Part shown: one piece after another, positions 11,831 to 20,963 of the stretch
Layout of the letters: each line of letters opens with the position of its first letter
Numbering within the stretch: the first letter of the stretch is position 1
NCBI GenBank assembly: GCA_965216785.1
Contig: OZ244197.1
Span: 64,001 to 128,000 of the forward strand
Origin: Thermodesulfobacteriota bacterium
Lineage (GTDB): Bacteria; Desulfobacterota_D; UBA1144; Nemesobacterales; UBA2774
Reading direction: 5' to 3'
DNA length: 64,000 nt
The notes under the pieces: generated by a model
What the model was told of the DNA's origin: nothing
Databases searched by the model: none
The model's input: the letters and a program-made list of their open reading frames with translations, nothing else
Translations under genes and position numbers: made by a program

Positions 11831-13032
11831 CAGCCAAGTATTTGGCTTACAAAGATAAATATCAAAGGCACTATGAAAAATACTGAAAAAATATACGCAA
11901 CAACATAAAGCTTATTCTTTACGGCAGCGTAAGCAAGCTTTTGTGCCGCGATTAGCGGTATTGTTCGCAAAAACGGAATACCGAATATCACTACGACACC
12001 AAGCACATTATAGACCAGATGGATTAATGCTATCTCTAACGCAAAAATAGCATTTGACCCGGTAATCGCGGTTGCGGCAAGAAGCGCCGTTATACATGTA
12101 CCTATATTAGCTCCCAACGTAAACGGATACACTTTTTTCAGACTAAAGACACCGCTCCCCGCAAGCGGAACGATGAGGCTCGTTGTCGTAGATGATGATT
12201 GTACAAGAACAGTAATAAGCGCTCCCGCGGTAATCCCTGAGAGGGGACCGCGTCCCACGGCGCTGTGCAGTATTTCCTTTGCGCGCCCGACCATTAAAAT
12301 CCTGAGCAATTTGCCTATGAACGTGATTACCAGAAATATCAGCGCTATGCCGATCACTATCATCGCTATCCCCGCTATAATTTCGGGAAGCCATCCTAGT
12401 ACGGTTTCATGCAAAAAGTTAACCGGAGGGTTAATTATAGGCTTCATAAAATTCAGCCCTTTCATGGACATTGGGTTACCGCCAACCAGGATCTTGGCCA
12501 GAAACGCGCCTATTTTGTCCAAAATACCAAAAGCTATTTCCAGAGGCAGGAATATCAGAACATTCATAATATTAAAAGAATCGTGGACTGTAGCTGCCGC
12601 AAACGCTCTTTTGAATTCATTACGTTCTTTTACATGCCCTAAGCTGACAATGGTATTCGTTATCGTCGTGCCAATATTCGCGCCCATCACCATCGGAATG
12701 GCTGTGGTTACGGGAAGTCCACCCGCTACAAGACCAACTATAATTGAAGTGACGGTGCTCGAGGATTGAACAAGCGCAGTGGCAAAGGTGGCGATGAGAA
12801 GCGCGGTTATGGGGTTACTTGCAAAGGCAAAAAGCTGTTTTGCCTGATCGCCTGCGGCCAGTTTAAAGCCACTCCCGATTAAAGCTACTGCAACCAATAA
12901 CAAATAAATGAGACCAATTATGAAAAGCCACTGTACCCATTTGGATTGAGTAGAAATTCCGGATAAACCTTCCGACTTATCGGCATGTCCAGTAACTGTT
13001 GAGGGTATGGTTTTACCTCTTGTGATATCCAT
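11827..13032 (-). CDS. nptA: Na+/phosphate symporter (NptA/SLC34-like)
   Basis: Two QSSS...GANIGT repeats; polytopic membrane protein. Confidence 0.9.
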   Translation of the reverse strand: MDITRGKTIPSTVTGHADKSEGLSGISTQSKWVQWLFIIGLIYLLLVAVALIGSGFKLAAGDQAKQLFAFASNPITALLIATFATALVQSSSTVTSIIVGLVAGGLPVTTAIPMVMGANIGTTITNTIVSLGHVKERNEFKRAFAAATVHDSFNIMNVLIFLPLEIAFGILDKIGAFLAKILVGGNPMSMKGLNFMKPIINPPVNFLHETVLGWLPEIIAGIAMIVIGIALIFLVITFIGKLLRILMVGRAKEILHSAVGRGPLSGITAGALITVLVQSSSTTTSLIVPLAGSGVFSLKKVYPFTLGANIGTCITALLAATAITGSNAIFALEIALIHLVYNVLGVVVIFGIPFLRTIPLIAAQKLAYAAVKNKLYVVAYIFSVFFIVPLIFIFVSQILGW

Positions 13033-13159
13033 TTATAATCTCAGCAATAACTTTAACCAAATACGCTTTATGTGCAAAAGGTAAGCTACAACATAAATCC
13101 AGGGTTATATCGTTTTGACAACCGGATAATTAAATGTATTAGGGAGTTCCAAGAGGAAA

Positions 13160-13207
13160 TGGTCGGGGTGGCCGGACTTGAACCGGCGGCCTCTGCGTCC
13201 CGAACGC
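13160..13207 (-). repeat. Displaced 3' half of tRNA-Pro (outer att site of element A)
   Basis: 48 bp identical to 33273-33320 and 45803-45850. Confidence 0.95.
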
Positions 13208-13323
13208 GTAGGGACAAAAAGTCCTAAACGTTTGATATAACTATAAGTTCCTGAATATATTCGAATAAAAGAGATTAACCACAATTCTAATATATCGATT
13301 GTTTAGAATGTTTTGATTTAGTA

Positions 13324-13343
13324 TAGACACCTATTTGGACACC
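13324..13343 (+). repeat. Integrase arm-type repeat, element A left end
   Basis: TAGACACCTATTTGGACACC, matched by TGGACACCTATTTAGACACC at 33183-33202. Confidence 0.7.
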
Positions 13344-13480
13344 TAATCGACTGAATATGCAGAGTGGGTCAAACCTCACCAAACATAGCGCCGACAACTA
13401 TTATTGATTGGTATATCTTTGGTTCAATGTTTATGCTTGGCATCTTTGCATTTATACATGCTTAATTTTATCTCAATCGA

Positions 13481-14437
13481 CTATTTCTTATTTACCTGTA
13501 GAAACCCGATATTTTGGTGCTTATCAAAAGACATAATGATATTATCAATATCATATTTGGGAATATCGCTCGTACAATCTAACAATTCAAACTGATCACG
13601 ACCAATGAGTTCCCAATCCATAAAGCTTTCCATATAACCTATTTCTCTCATTTCTGGTAGAACATTTGTAATTAATAGCACACCTTGCGGCGATAGTTTC
13701 TGAAATAGTTTGTGAGTAAGCTTTTGTGCTGTTCTTTGTTTCAAATAATCATATAACCCTGAAGCATAAATTAAGTCATATCCTGAATGCTTGAAATTGT
13801 TTCTCAAAATATCGACAACAGAGACAGCACTAGCCTGGACACTACTACCAGAGTAATTTCTGTTCACGTAGTTAACACTTTCTATGTCCTGGTCTATTGC
13901 AGTGTATTCTTCTATTTCATCATTTCTAAAAGATTCAGATAGTTCAATCTCTCTTAGATGACCGCACCCTATCGACAGAACTTTTGTCTTATCGGTAGCA
14001 CGGGCAACGCTGTCTATGACTCTAGCAATATATTGCCTCCGAAGGCGTACGGAATCACATGCAGTCGTATTGAAAGTGTATTCTCGGATTTCGTTACCGA
14101 GTTCGTTAACACCATCAAAATTCACACTTGGATGTCCATATATCATATCCAATAGGTATGCATCTCCAGCATATCCCCTGGGCTTATTGTAAGCCCTCTC
14201 TGTTATAGGGTCTTGATATATAAATTCTTTTATAGGATGGTCCATTAGATAATTCCCTACGATATATTTCCACTCACCTACAGAGCAATTTAGCTTTAGA
14301 TGTCTTAACCCGGCGTAAAAATTATCTAGCGCCTCAGTAATTTTACTATTATTTATTTGATTGTATGCTTCCTCTAGTAGACAAGACGTAAAGTCATCAC
14401 TATATATTTTCCGGGCTAAATTATTTTGTGTCATCAT
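13481..14437 (-). CDS. Class I SAM-dependent methyltransferase, PhcB-like
   Basis: KPRGYAGD, VLSIGCGHLRE, DQD, YDLIYASGLYDYL and MESFMDWELIGR motifs. Confidence 0.75.
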   Translation of the reverse strand: MMTQNNLARKIYSDDFTSCLLEEAYNQINNSKITEALDNFYAGLRHLKLNCSVGEWKYIVGNYLMDHPIKEFIYQDPITERAYNKPRGYAGDAYLLDMIYGHPSVNFDGVNELGNEIREYTFNTTACDSVRLRRQYIARVIDSVARATDKTKVLSIGCGHLREIELSESFRNDEIEEYTAIDQDIESVNYVNRNYSGSSVQASAVSVVDILRNNFKHSGYDLIYASGLYDYLKQRTAQKLTHKLFQKLSPQGVLLITNVLPEMREIGYMESFMDWELIGRDQFELLDCTSDIPKYDIDNIIMSFDKHQNIGFLQVNKK

Positions 14438-14469
14438 TCTCTCCTTTTAGATTATGGTTTCAAGTAGCT

Positions 14470-14652
14470 TTATGAGATTTCAATATTTCCAACTACATCC
14501 TTTAACTGTGATCCGTCCTCATGGGTGTATAAAATGTAAAGGGATACTTCTTTCACCCTCTCCTCTTCGGACTCTTCTGAACTTGCGGCATTAGCCGTCT
14601 TCTCCAGAAATGCTTTCACAACTGCTAAATCTGATTGCTCTATTATCATCAT
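14470..14652 (-). CDS. Small hypothetical protein (~60 aa), first gene of the sigma54 operon with the methyltransferase
   Basis: AAGGAGGT RBS before ATG 14652; lies directly downstream of a -24/-12 promoter. Confidence 0.55.
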   Translation of the reverse strand: MMIIEQSDLAVVKAFLEKTANAASSEESEEERVKEVSLYILYTHEDGSQLKDVVGNIEIS

Positions 14653-14689
14653 GACTAAGACCTCCTTTTTCATTATGTGACTTTATAAA

Positions 14690-14865
14690 TGCAACCGGTA
14701 TGCCAAATATATAACTCTCCTTCATCATTAAGTTTTCTAAATTTCAATCTTGTCGGCATGTAAACTACGTTTACATATCGTAAACTCCGTATACATATCA
14801 GTGATTCACACACACTAACTTATTTAATGATTAAAGAGGCTTACGTTTTTGGCATTCTGATTGCT
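14690..14865. promoter_or_regulatory. Two divergent sigma54 promoters sharing a central tandem enhancer
   Basis: TGGCATACCGGTTGCA (minus, 14690-14705); TGGCATTCTGATTGCT (plus, 14850-14865); TGTAAAC-N3-GTTTACA boxes at 14759-14775 and 14779-14795. Confidence 0.85.
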
Positions 14866-14900
14866 CTTTAAGGATATAGAACTTTAAGGAGGTAGTTAAA

Positions 14901-15695
14901 ATGAGGATATTGATATTTCTGAGTGTTTTATTTAGCGGTTTATACTTTTCACAGGATGTAACTGCCGAGGGTATAGTATTCTGCCAGAGTAAAATCTTTA
15001 AAGTCGTAAGATACAGGGGCGGCGAGCCCGGAAGCTGTAAACGATTTGAAAATGAGATTGTTATAACTACCGAAATCGGTGAGGCTGGACCTCCCGGGCC
15101 TCAGGGACTAGCTGGACCTGCAGGACCTCAAGGTGATCCTGGACCGGATGGACCAGCCGGACCTGAGGGGCCACAAGGACCGGCAGGACCTATGGGAGAT
15201 GTCGGACCGGAGGGCCCACCAGGTGATATAGACCAAGGTCTTTTGGATGATCTTCAGGAACAAATTGATATTCTAGCAAGTAAGGCATGTGGAGATGGAG
15301 AATTAGATATAATTTTTGGTGAAGAGTGTGATGATGGAAACGAATTAGACCAAGACAGTTGTTCATCTGATTGCTTAATCACAGGCCCAAGTGGTCCTTT
15401 TTGCGGTAATAGAACAATTGAAGATCCTGAAGTATGTGATGCCGATATAATTCTGACTAGTTGTATAGACTTGGGATTTGTAACAGGAGACCTAAGATGT
15501 TCGGACGACTGCCTATCTTTTGATACATCAGGTTGTCTTGACTCAGTATGCGGCAATAACAACCAGGAAAGTGGTGAAGTTTGTGATGGAACAGATTTGG
15601 TTGGTATAGATTGTACTGACTTTGGATTCACAGGAGGTTCCTTAGCATGCGGTTTTGACTGTGTTAGTTTTAATACATCTAATTGTTCTAATTGA
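14901..15695 (+). CDS. Secreted collagen-like protein with Myxococcus-type cysteine-rich (DUF4215-like) repeats
   Basis: Signal peptide, Gly-X-Y run, [11 protein letters not shown] and two CGN...E.CD...C..LGF..G.L.C repeats. Confidence 0.8.
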   Translation: MRILIFLSVLFSGLYFSQDVTAEGIVFCQSKIFKVVRYRGGEPGSCKRFENEIVITTEIGEAGPPGPQGLAGPAGPQGDPGPDGPAGPEGPQGPAGPMGDVGPEGPPGDIDQGLLDDLQEQIDILASKACGDGELDIIFGEECDDGNELDQDSCSSDCLITGPSGPFCGNRTIEDPEVCDADIILTSCIDLGFVTGDLRCSDDCLSFDTSGCLDSVCGNNNQESGEVCDGTDLVGIDCTDFGFTGGSLACGFDCVSFNTSNCSN

Positions 15696-15783
15696 ATAAA
15701 GATGTCTCTGACGAATTAGGTTGTTTTATCTTGAATCTTTATAATTTATTGTCAATACTAGGTTAATTATGATTTCATAGATT

Positions 15784-18700
15784 TTGAAAGGAGTATGTTC
15801 TTTGGAGTGTTCAGCTTGTAAATCTGCAATCACATCAGGTGAAAAATTCTGCGGCAATTGCGGAAAGAAAGTAGGGGTTGAGTGTCAGAGCTGCGGCAAT
15901 GAAAATCCCCTTAAGAACAAGTTCTGCTCAGAATGCGGCAGCAAACTGAGTAACGGAACTGTATCTAAACCTGAGAGCTTCTCAAAAGATATTCCTGTAC
16001 AGCTTGCCAGAAAGGTGATAGAAGAAAAAGCACATCTTGAAGGCGAGCGTAAACAGATAACGGTCCTATTTGCGGACATATCAAATTTTACAGCATTATC
16101 CGAGAAGCTCGATCCGGAGGACGTAAAGAACCTAGTGGACGGATGCGCCAAGCTTATCATTCAGGATATTTACCACTATGAGGGTACGGTAGACAAATTT
16201 ACAGGCGATGGTGTTATAGCCCTATTCGGCGCTCCAATTTCACTAGAAGATCATGCAGCCCGTGCATTGAGCTCAGCGATTAAAATCCAGGAATCTGTGA
16301 AGGAATACAGCCGTAAAATAAAGAGCGAATTTGGGTATGAATTAGAAATGAGGATCGGGATAAATACAGGGCTCGTTGTGGTGGGGAGTATAGGGAACGA
16401 CCTTAGCATGGATTATACGGCTATGGGCGATACGATTAACCTCACTTCGAGACTCGAATCGTTTGCTGAACCCGGCACAATTCTGGTCAGCGAAAATACT
16501 CAAAGGTTAGTGAGTGACAGATTCAGTTTCGGTCCGGGCGAAGAATACCGAGTAAAAGGAAAAAAATCGGCCGTAACAGCTTACAAGGTATTAGATACGA
16601 AAGAGGATGTAACGCTTCGCGACTTTCAGACTGAAGGTAGACTGACCAGATTCGTCGGGAGAAAAAGAGAGATAAATACCCTCACTGATAGAATCGACCT
16701 GGCAAAGGAAAGCCAGGGGCAGATTATCTCCGTTATAGGGGAGGCTGGACTTGGGAAAACCCGCCTTATCCATGAGCTTAGAGACTTATTAGGAAATGAA
16801 GACCTTAGATGGGTAGAAGGCAAGAGCCTGTCTTATGGCAAGTCGATACCATATTTCCCTATCATTAACCTGCTGAAAAGTTTTTTTAGGATCGAGTCTG
16901 ATTATAGCGAGCGGGTAACTAAAAATAAAATCGAGAAGGAAATCAGAGAGATTGACTCAGATTTATTGTGGACTCTTCCATTCTTATACAGCCTGTTATC
17001 AATCGGCCCCTCCGATAAGAGTATTGAGCAAATGCACGAACGGGAGATAAGGAGGAAGAGCTACGAGGCTGTTAATTCCATCTTCCAGAGACAGAGCAGA
17101 AAGCAGCCGCTACTTTTAGTAGTCGAAAACCTCCACTGGGTGGACAGCGCTTCAGAGGAGCTTATAAATCACATTGTGCACAATATCGCCAGAAGCAGAA
17201 TTATAATACTGGTCTCAACCCGTCCGGGACATTTACATCTGTTTTCCGATAAATCCTACTATACTCAGATAATTCTAAGCCCCCTTTCAGACGCCGATTG
17301 CGAATCTATGATCAAGCAGATCCTGAAAACTCAAGACGTGTCGCGGGACTTACAGGATTTAATTTTGAACAAATGCGAAGGAAACCCATTGTATCTGGAA
17401 GAGGTCGTTAAGGATCTATTAGAGCAGGGCGCTATAAAGGTATCCATGGGAAAAAGCTCTCTCAGTAAAAAGGGCCATGAACTGGCAGTCCCGGGGACGA
17501 TACTTAGTATTATAATGAGCCGGGTGGACAGATTAGATGAGAACCTTAAAAATACGCTCCAGTGCGCCTCCGTGATAGGGAGAGAGTTTTCGTTCCCTCT
17601 ACTGAACGGCATTACAGGCGGCGGCATAGAATTACATGAAGACCTTGAAAAACTGAAAGAACTTGAGCTGATATACGACAAAGGACCCTCACCTGAGCCT
17701 GAATACTTGTTTAAGCACGCGCTCACTCAGGAAGCCACCTACAACAGCCTTCTCTTCGGTAGAAGAAAAGACCTTCACCTATCAATCGGGAAGCTACTCG
17801 AGAACACACATAAAAACAGGCTCGAAGAATATTATGAGACCCTGGCTTACCACTTCTATCACGGTGAAGACGTAGAGAAGTCTTTAGAATATATGACTCT
17901 AGCTGGAGACAAGGCTTTCAGGCTCCACTCTACTAGAGAGGCCATGGAGTTCTACCAAAAAGCTATTGAGCTCATTATTAAGCAGCCTGAAACCGAGGAA
18001 AATAAATCAAAAAGAGCAAACCTTACCATAAAGCTGACAAGGGTGCTCAGATTTTTCGAATCCCCTAAAAATATACTAGAAATGCTCAAAAGCATTGAGG
18101 ATATTGCTGATACACTCGAAGACTATAATCTAAGGTCCAGAATAATGTCTCTGATCGGTTTATTTACTGTGCTATTGGCTAAGAATCAGGAAGCCGGAAT
18201 CCCCTATTGTGAGAAGAGTATCGAGATCGCGAGCACTTTGAAAGATGAAAAAATCACATCACTGGCGTTCTATAGCCTCACAATGGCCTACTATTTTACA
18301 AGAGGAAAAAACGAAGGAGCCGACCTTTTCAAAAAAGCTTACAAAATTTCAAATAATGCCGGAGATTATTTTGAGGCGAGTCATATTCTGCTGCTCCATG
18401 GTATTTCACTTTGGCATTGGGGAGACTATGAGAAAGCCCAACAATACATAAAGAATTCTCGGGACTACGCTGAAAAAAGAAAAGCTCCTACAATGGCTGC
18501 ACACAGTTATTGCGCACATGGGGGTTACGGGGTGTTTTATGGAAACTTCACACAAAACTACGTCGACGACTGTAAAAAAGCGATGCAAATGTTTAAAGAA
18601 TTAGACGACGTGTACTACTATCTTATAGTTTCAGGCTGTTACTGGTACGGAGTTTACAAAACGACAGGGAATAAAGAAGCGGTTAAAAATCTCGAGGAGA

Positions 18701-19155
18701 CAATAAAGAAAAAAGAAGAAAATGATATGTGGATATGGCAGCCGATGCTTTATTCATATTTAGCTGAAGCATACTGTGATTTAGGTATTGAAAGGGAAGC
18801 GCTCGCATCATGTAAAAAATCGATAGAAATAGCAGAGGGAGCCGGGAACAAATTAGAAGCAGGCAGAGGCAGGATCGCCTTAGGAAAATATTATATAGAT
18901 AAACAAAATCGAGACTTGAAAAAGGCGGAAGTGAGTTTTAAAGAAAGTGTTGAAAACTTTGATGTTATTGAAGCAAATTCGGGCCTTTGTATGAGTTATT
19001 TCAATCTCGGTGCACTTTATAAAGAACAGAAAAACTATAAAGAAGCAAAAGCTTATCTTTCTAAAACTATACCGATGGCTAAAAAAGCGGGGTTATGGTG
19101 GTATTTACGGAGCTCAGAACTCCTCTTAAACGATATAAAGGAAAGCACATCATAA
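15784..19155 (+). CDS. Double zinc ribbon - class III adenylyl cyclase - STAND NTPase - TPR protein
   Basis: CxxC x4; VLFADI, DKFTGDG, TAMGDTINLTSRL; FVGR, GEAGLGKT, ENLHWVD, GNPLYL; TPR-like tail (start may be TTG 15802). Confidence 0.9.
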   Translation: MKGVCSLECSACKSAITSGEKFCGNCGKKVGVECQSCGNENPLKNKFCSECGSKLSNGTVSKPESFSKDIPVQLARKVIEEKAHLEGERKQITVLFADISNFTALSEKLDPEDVKNLVDGCAKLIIQDIYHYEGTVDKFTGDGVIALFGAPISLEDHAARALSSAIKIQESVKEYSRKIKSEFGYELEMRIGINTGLVVVGSIGNDLSMDYTAMGDTINLTSRLESFAEPGTILVSENTQRLVSDRFSFGPGEEYRVKGKKSAVTAYKVLDTKEDVTLRDFQTEGRLTRFVGRKREINTLTDRIDLAKESQGQIISVIGEAGLGKTRLIHELRDLLGNEDLRWVEGKSLSYGKSIPYFPIINLLKSFFRIESDYSERVTKNKIEKEIREIDSDLLWTLPFLYSLLSIGPSDKSIEQMHEREIRRKSYEAVNSIFQRQSRKQPLLLVVENLHWVDSASEELINHIVHNIARSRIIILVSTRPGHLHLFSDKSYYTQIILSPLSDADCESMIKQILKTQDVSRDLQDLILNKCEGNPLYLEEVVKDLLEQGAIKVSMGKSSLSKKGHELAVPGTILSIIMSRVDRLDENLKNTLQCASVIGREFSFPLLNGITGGGIELHEDLEKLKELELIYDKGPSPEPEYLFKHALTQEATYNSLLFGRRKDLHLSIGKLLENTHKNRLEEYYETLAYHFYHGEDVEKSLEYMTLAGDKAFRLHSTREAMEFYQKAIELIIKQPETEENKSKRANLTIKLTRVLRFFESPKNILEMLKSIEDIADTLEDYNLRSRIMSLIGLFTVLLAKNQEAGIPYCEKSIEIASTLKDEKITSLAFYSLTMAYYFTRGKNEGADLFKKAYKISNNAGDYFEASHILLLHGISLWHWGDYEKAQQYIKNSRDYAEKRKAPTMAAHSYCAHGGYGVFYGNFTQNYVDDCKKAMQMFKELDDVYYYLIVSGCYWYGVYKTTGNKEAVKNLEETIKKKEENDMWIWQPMLYSYLAEAYCDLGIEREALASCKKSIEIAEGAGNKLEAGRGRIALGKYYIDKQNRDLKKAEVSFKESVENFDVIEANSGLCMSYFNLGALYKEQKNYKEAKAYLSKTIPMAKKAGLWWYLRSSELLLNDIKESTS

Positions 19156-19187
19156 TTGACAATTTACTCATGGATAGAAGGTGAACT

Positions 19188-19937
19188 ATGGCATTTGAAG
19201 AAATAGAGAATAAAGTTGTTCTAATAACAGGGGGCTCGGAAGGTATAGGATTTGGGATTGCAAGAACTTTCGTCAATGCCGGTGCTAGAGTAGCTATCAC
19301 AGGACGAAATATAAATAAATTGGACAAAGCCAAAGAGCTTCTTGGAAATGATGTATTTTCGATTAATGCAGATGTTGCTCAAACCGAAAATTCCGCTGCC
19401 ACTATTGAGAGAGTTGTCAGCGAATTTGGGAGATTGGACATACTAATTAACAACGCCGGAGAGGGGAATCAAAAACCGTTATCTAAATGCGATATTAACG
19501 ACTATGACTTTGTTTTTAATACGAACGTAAGGGGGTTATTCGCTCTGACTCAGGCCGCAACCCCTGAGCTTAAAAAAACAAGTGGGAATATCATAATAAT
19601 AGCTTCGTCACTCGGTTTAAGACCGGCGCCCATGTACGGGGTCTATTCGGCTTCCAAAGCAGCTGTTATCATGTTCGCTCAGATGTGGGCTAAGGAACTT
19701 GCTCCGGACGTAAGAGTCAATTCGATAAGCCCCGGCGGTGTAGATACACCGTTATGGGACAAGCTGGTTGGTAAGGAAAAAAAGGAAGATGTTCTCAGCT
19801 TTGTCAAAGAACGTCATCTGGTAAAAAAGCTCGGCAGCCCGGATGAGATCGGAGGAGCGGCTCTTTACCTTGCTACTGAAGACTGGGTAACCGGAAGTAA
19901 TTTGGTGATAGACGGCGGTCTTTTCTATTCGATATGA
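19188..19937 (+). CDS. Short-chain dehydrogenase/reductase
   Basis: TGGSEGIG, NNAG and YSASK motifs. Confidence 0.92.
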   Translation: MAFEEIENKVVLITGGSEGIGFGIARTFVNAGARVAITGRNINKLDKAKELLGNDVFSINADVAQTENSAATIERVVSEFGRLDILINNAGEGNQKPLSKCDINDYDFVFNTNVRGLFALTQAATPELKKTSGNIIIIASSLGLRPAPMYGVYSASKAAVIMFAQMWAKELAPDVRVNSISPGGVDTPLWDKLVGKEKKEDVLSFVKERHLVKKLGSPDEIGGAALYLATEDWVTGSNLVIDGGLFYSI

Positions 19938-20097
19938 CTCTAAAATTCACGAATTAGAATCCCAAATTAGCTTCACTTTTCTTCAACTGTAAACATCCAT
20001 TACAGTTAAAATAACTATTTTCTGTTGTTAAGTTCCTTAAATCTCCCAAATTTTAAGTATATATTCAAATTCCAAGATTCACCCTCCTGGCAATCTC

Positions 20098-20170
20098 TGT
20101 AAGCAGGGTTGACACTTCTGTCAAATTATTCAATGTTTTCAGATGTTTAGAATTTGGCACACTGCTTGCA
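20098..20170 (+). promoter_or_regulatory. sigma54 promoter with enhancer box
   Basis: TGGCACACTGCTTGCA (20155-20170); TGTAAGC-AGG-GTTGACA (20098-20114); a further box at 19988-20004. Confidence 0.8.
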
Positions 20171-20207
20171 AAAATATTAAATCAAAAATCACTTGGAGGT
20201 GATCGAT

Positions 20208-20549
20208 ATGATAGTAGTTCAGATTATTAACTTTAACTTAAGCGGTATGAGTGAGACGGAGTATGAGCAGACCTGTGATAATTTAGCCGGCTCATTCGCT
20301 GAGGTTCCAGGACTTCTGGCCAAATACTGGCTATCTGACCGGGCCAATAACAGTTACGGCGGGGTGTATTTATGGGAAGACCGTACGTCGCTTGAGCGTT
20401 TTACCCGCTCAGAGCTTTTTAATAGTGTTGCCACTCATCCCAATCTGGTAAACATCTCTTCACAGGTATTCGATGTGCTGGAGGGCCCTACCCGAGTTAC
20501 AAGGGGCTTTGACGCTGTAAGCGCAATTGAAAAAGCCCGTGCGGTTTAA
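20208..20549 (+). CDS. YdhR-family putative monooxygenase
   Basis: VPGLLAKYWL...YGGVYLWED motif; GGAGGT RBS. Confidence 0.8.
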   Translation: MIVVQIINFNLSGMSETEYEQTCDNLAGSFAEVPGLLAKYWLSDRANNSYGGVYLWEDRTSLERFTRSELFNSVATHPNLVNISSQVFDVLEGPTRVTRGFDAVSAIEKARAV

Positions 20550-20576
20550 GTACAAAAAACTCAAGGAGGTGTACAA

Positions 20577-20852
20577 ATGAAATTTATAGCGGTCCATCCA
20601 CTAAATAGTCCTATAAGAGAGGACCAGATTACCGACGCAGCCAGAGCGTGCAGGGCGGAGAACAGTAACAACGCCTGCTGGATAGACAGCTGGACCCAGC
20701 TTAACGACGAAGGAGAGATCACAGTTATCTATTGTCAGTACGACGCAAAGGACGCAGAATCCGTAGCAGATCTTCTTAAAAAGGGAGCACCAGACCTTCC
20801 GGTCGAGGGTATATACCTTATGGGTAAGCTCGAAGCAGAAAATTACAGGTAA
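20577..20852 (+). CDS. DUF4242/SCO4226-like small protein
   Basis: W..SW....G....YCQYDA pattern; paralog of 23707-23988. Confidence 0.6.
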   Translation: MKFIAVHPLNSPIREDQITDAARACRAENSNNACWIDSWTQLNDEGEITVIYCQYDAKDAESVADLLKKGAPDLPVEGIYLMGKLEAENYR

Positions 20853-20861
20853 AAACAGTTC

Positions 20862-20892
20862 GGGCGTTAGGTACGTATTGTATCCAACGCCC
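20862..20892 (+). terminator. Hairpin after the DUF4242 gene
   Basis: GGGCGTTAGGTAC...GTATCCAACGCCC. Confidence 0.5.
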
Positions 20893-20963
20893 TTATACCT
20901 GGGCGAGAAAGTGTCTTGAATTAAGAAAATCTAAAGTGATATAATGTCTTAGGGGAGGTTGAC

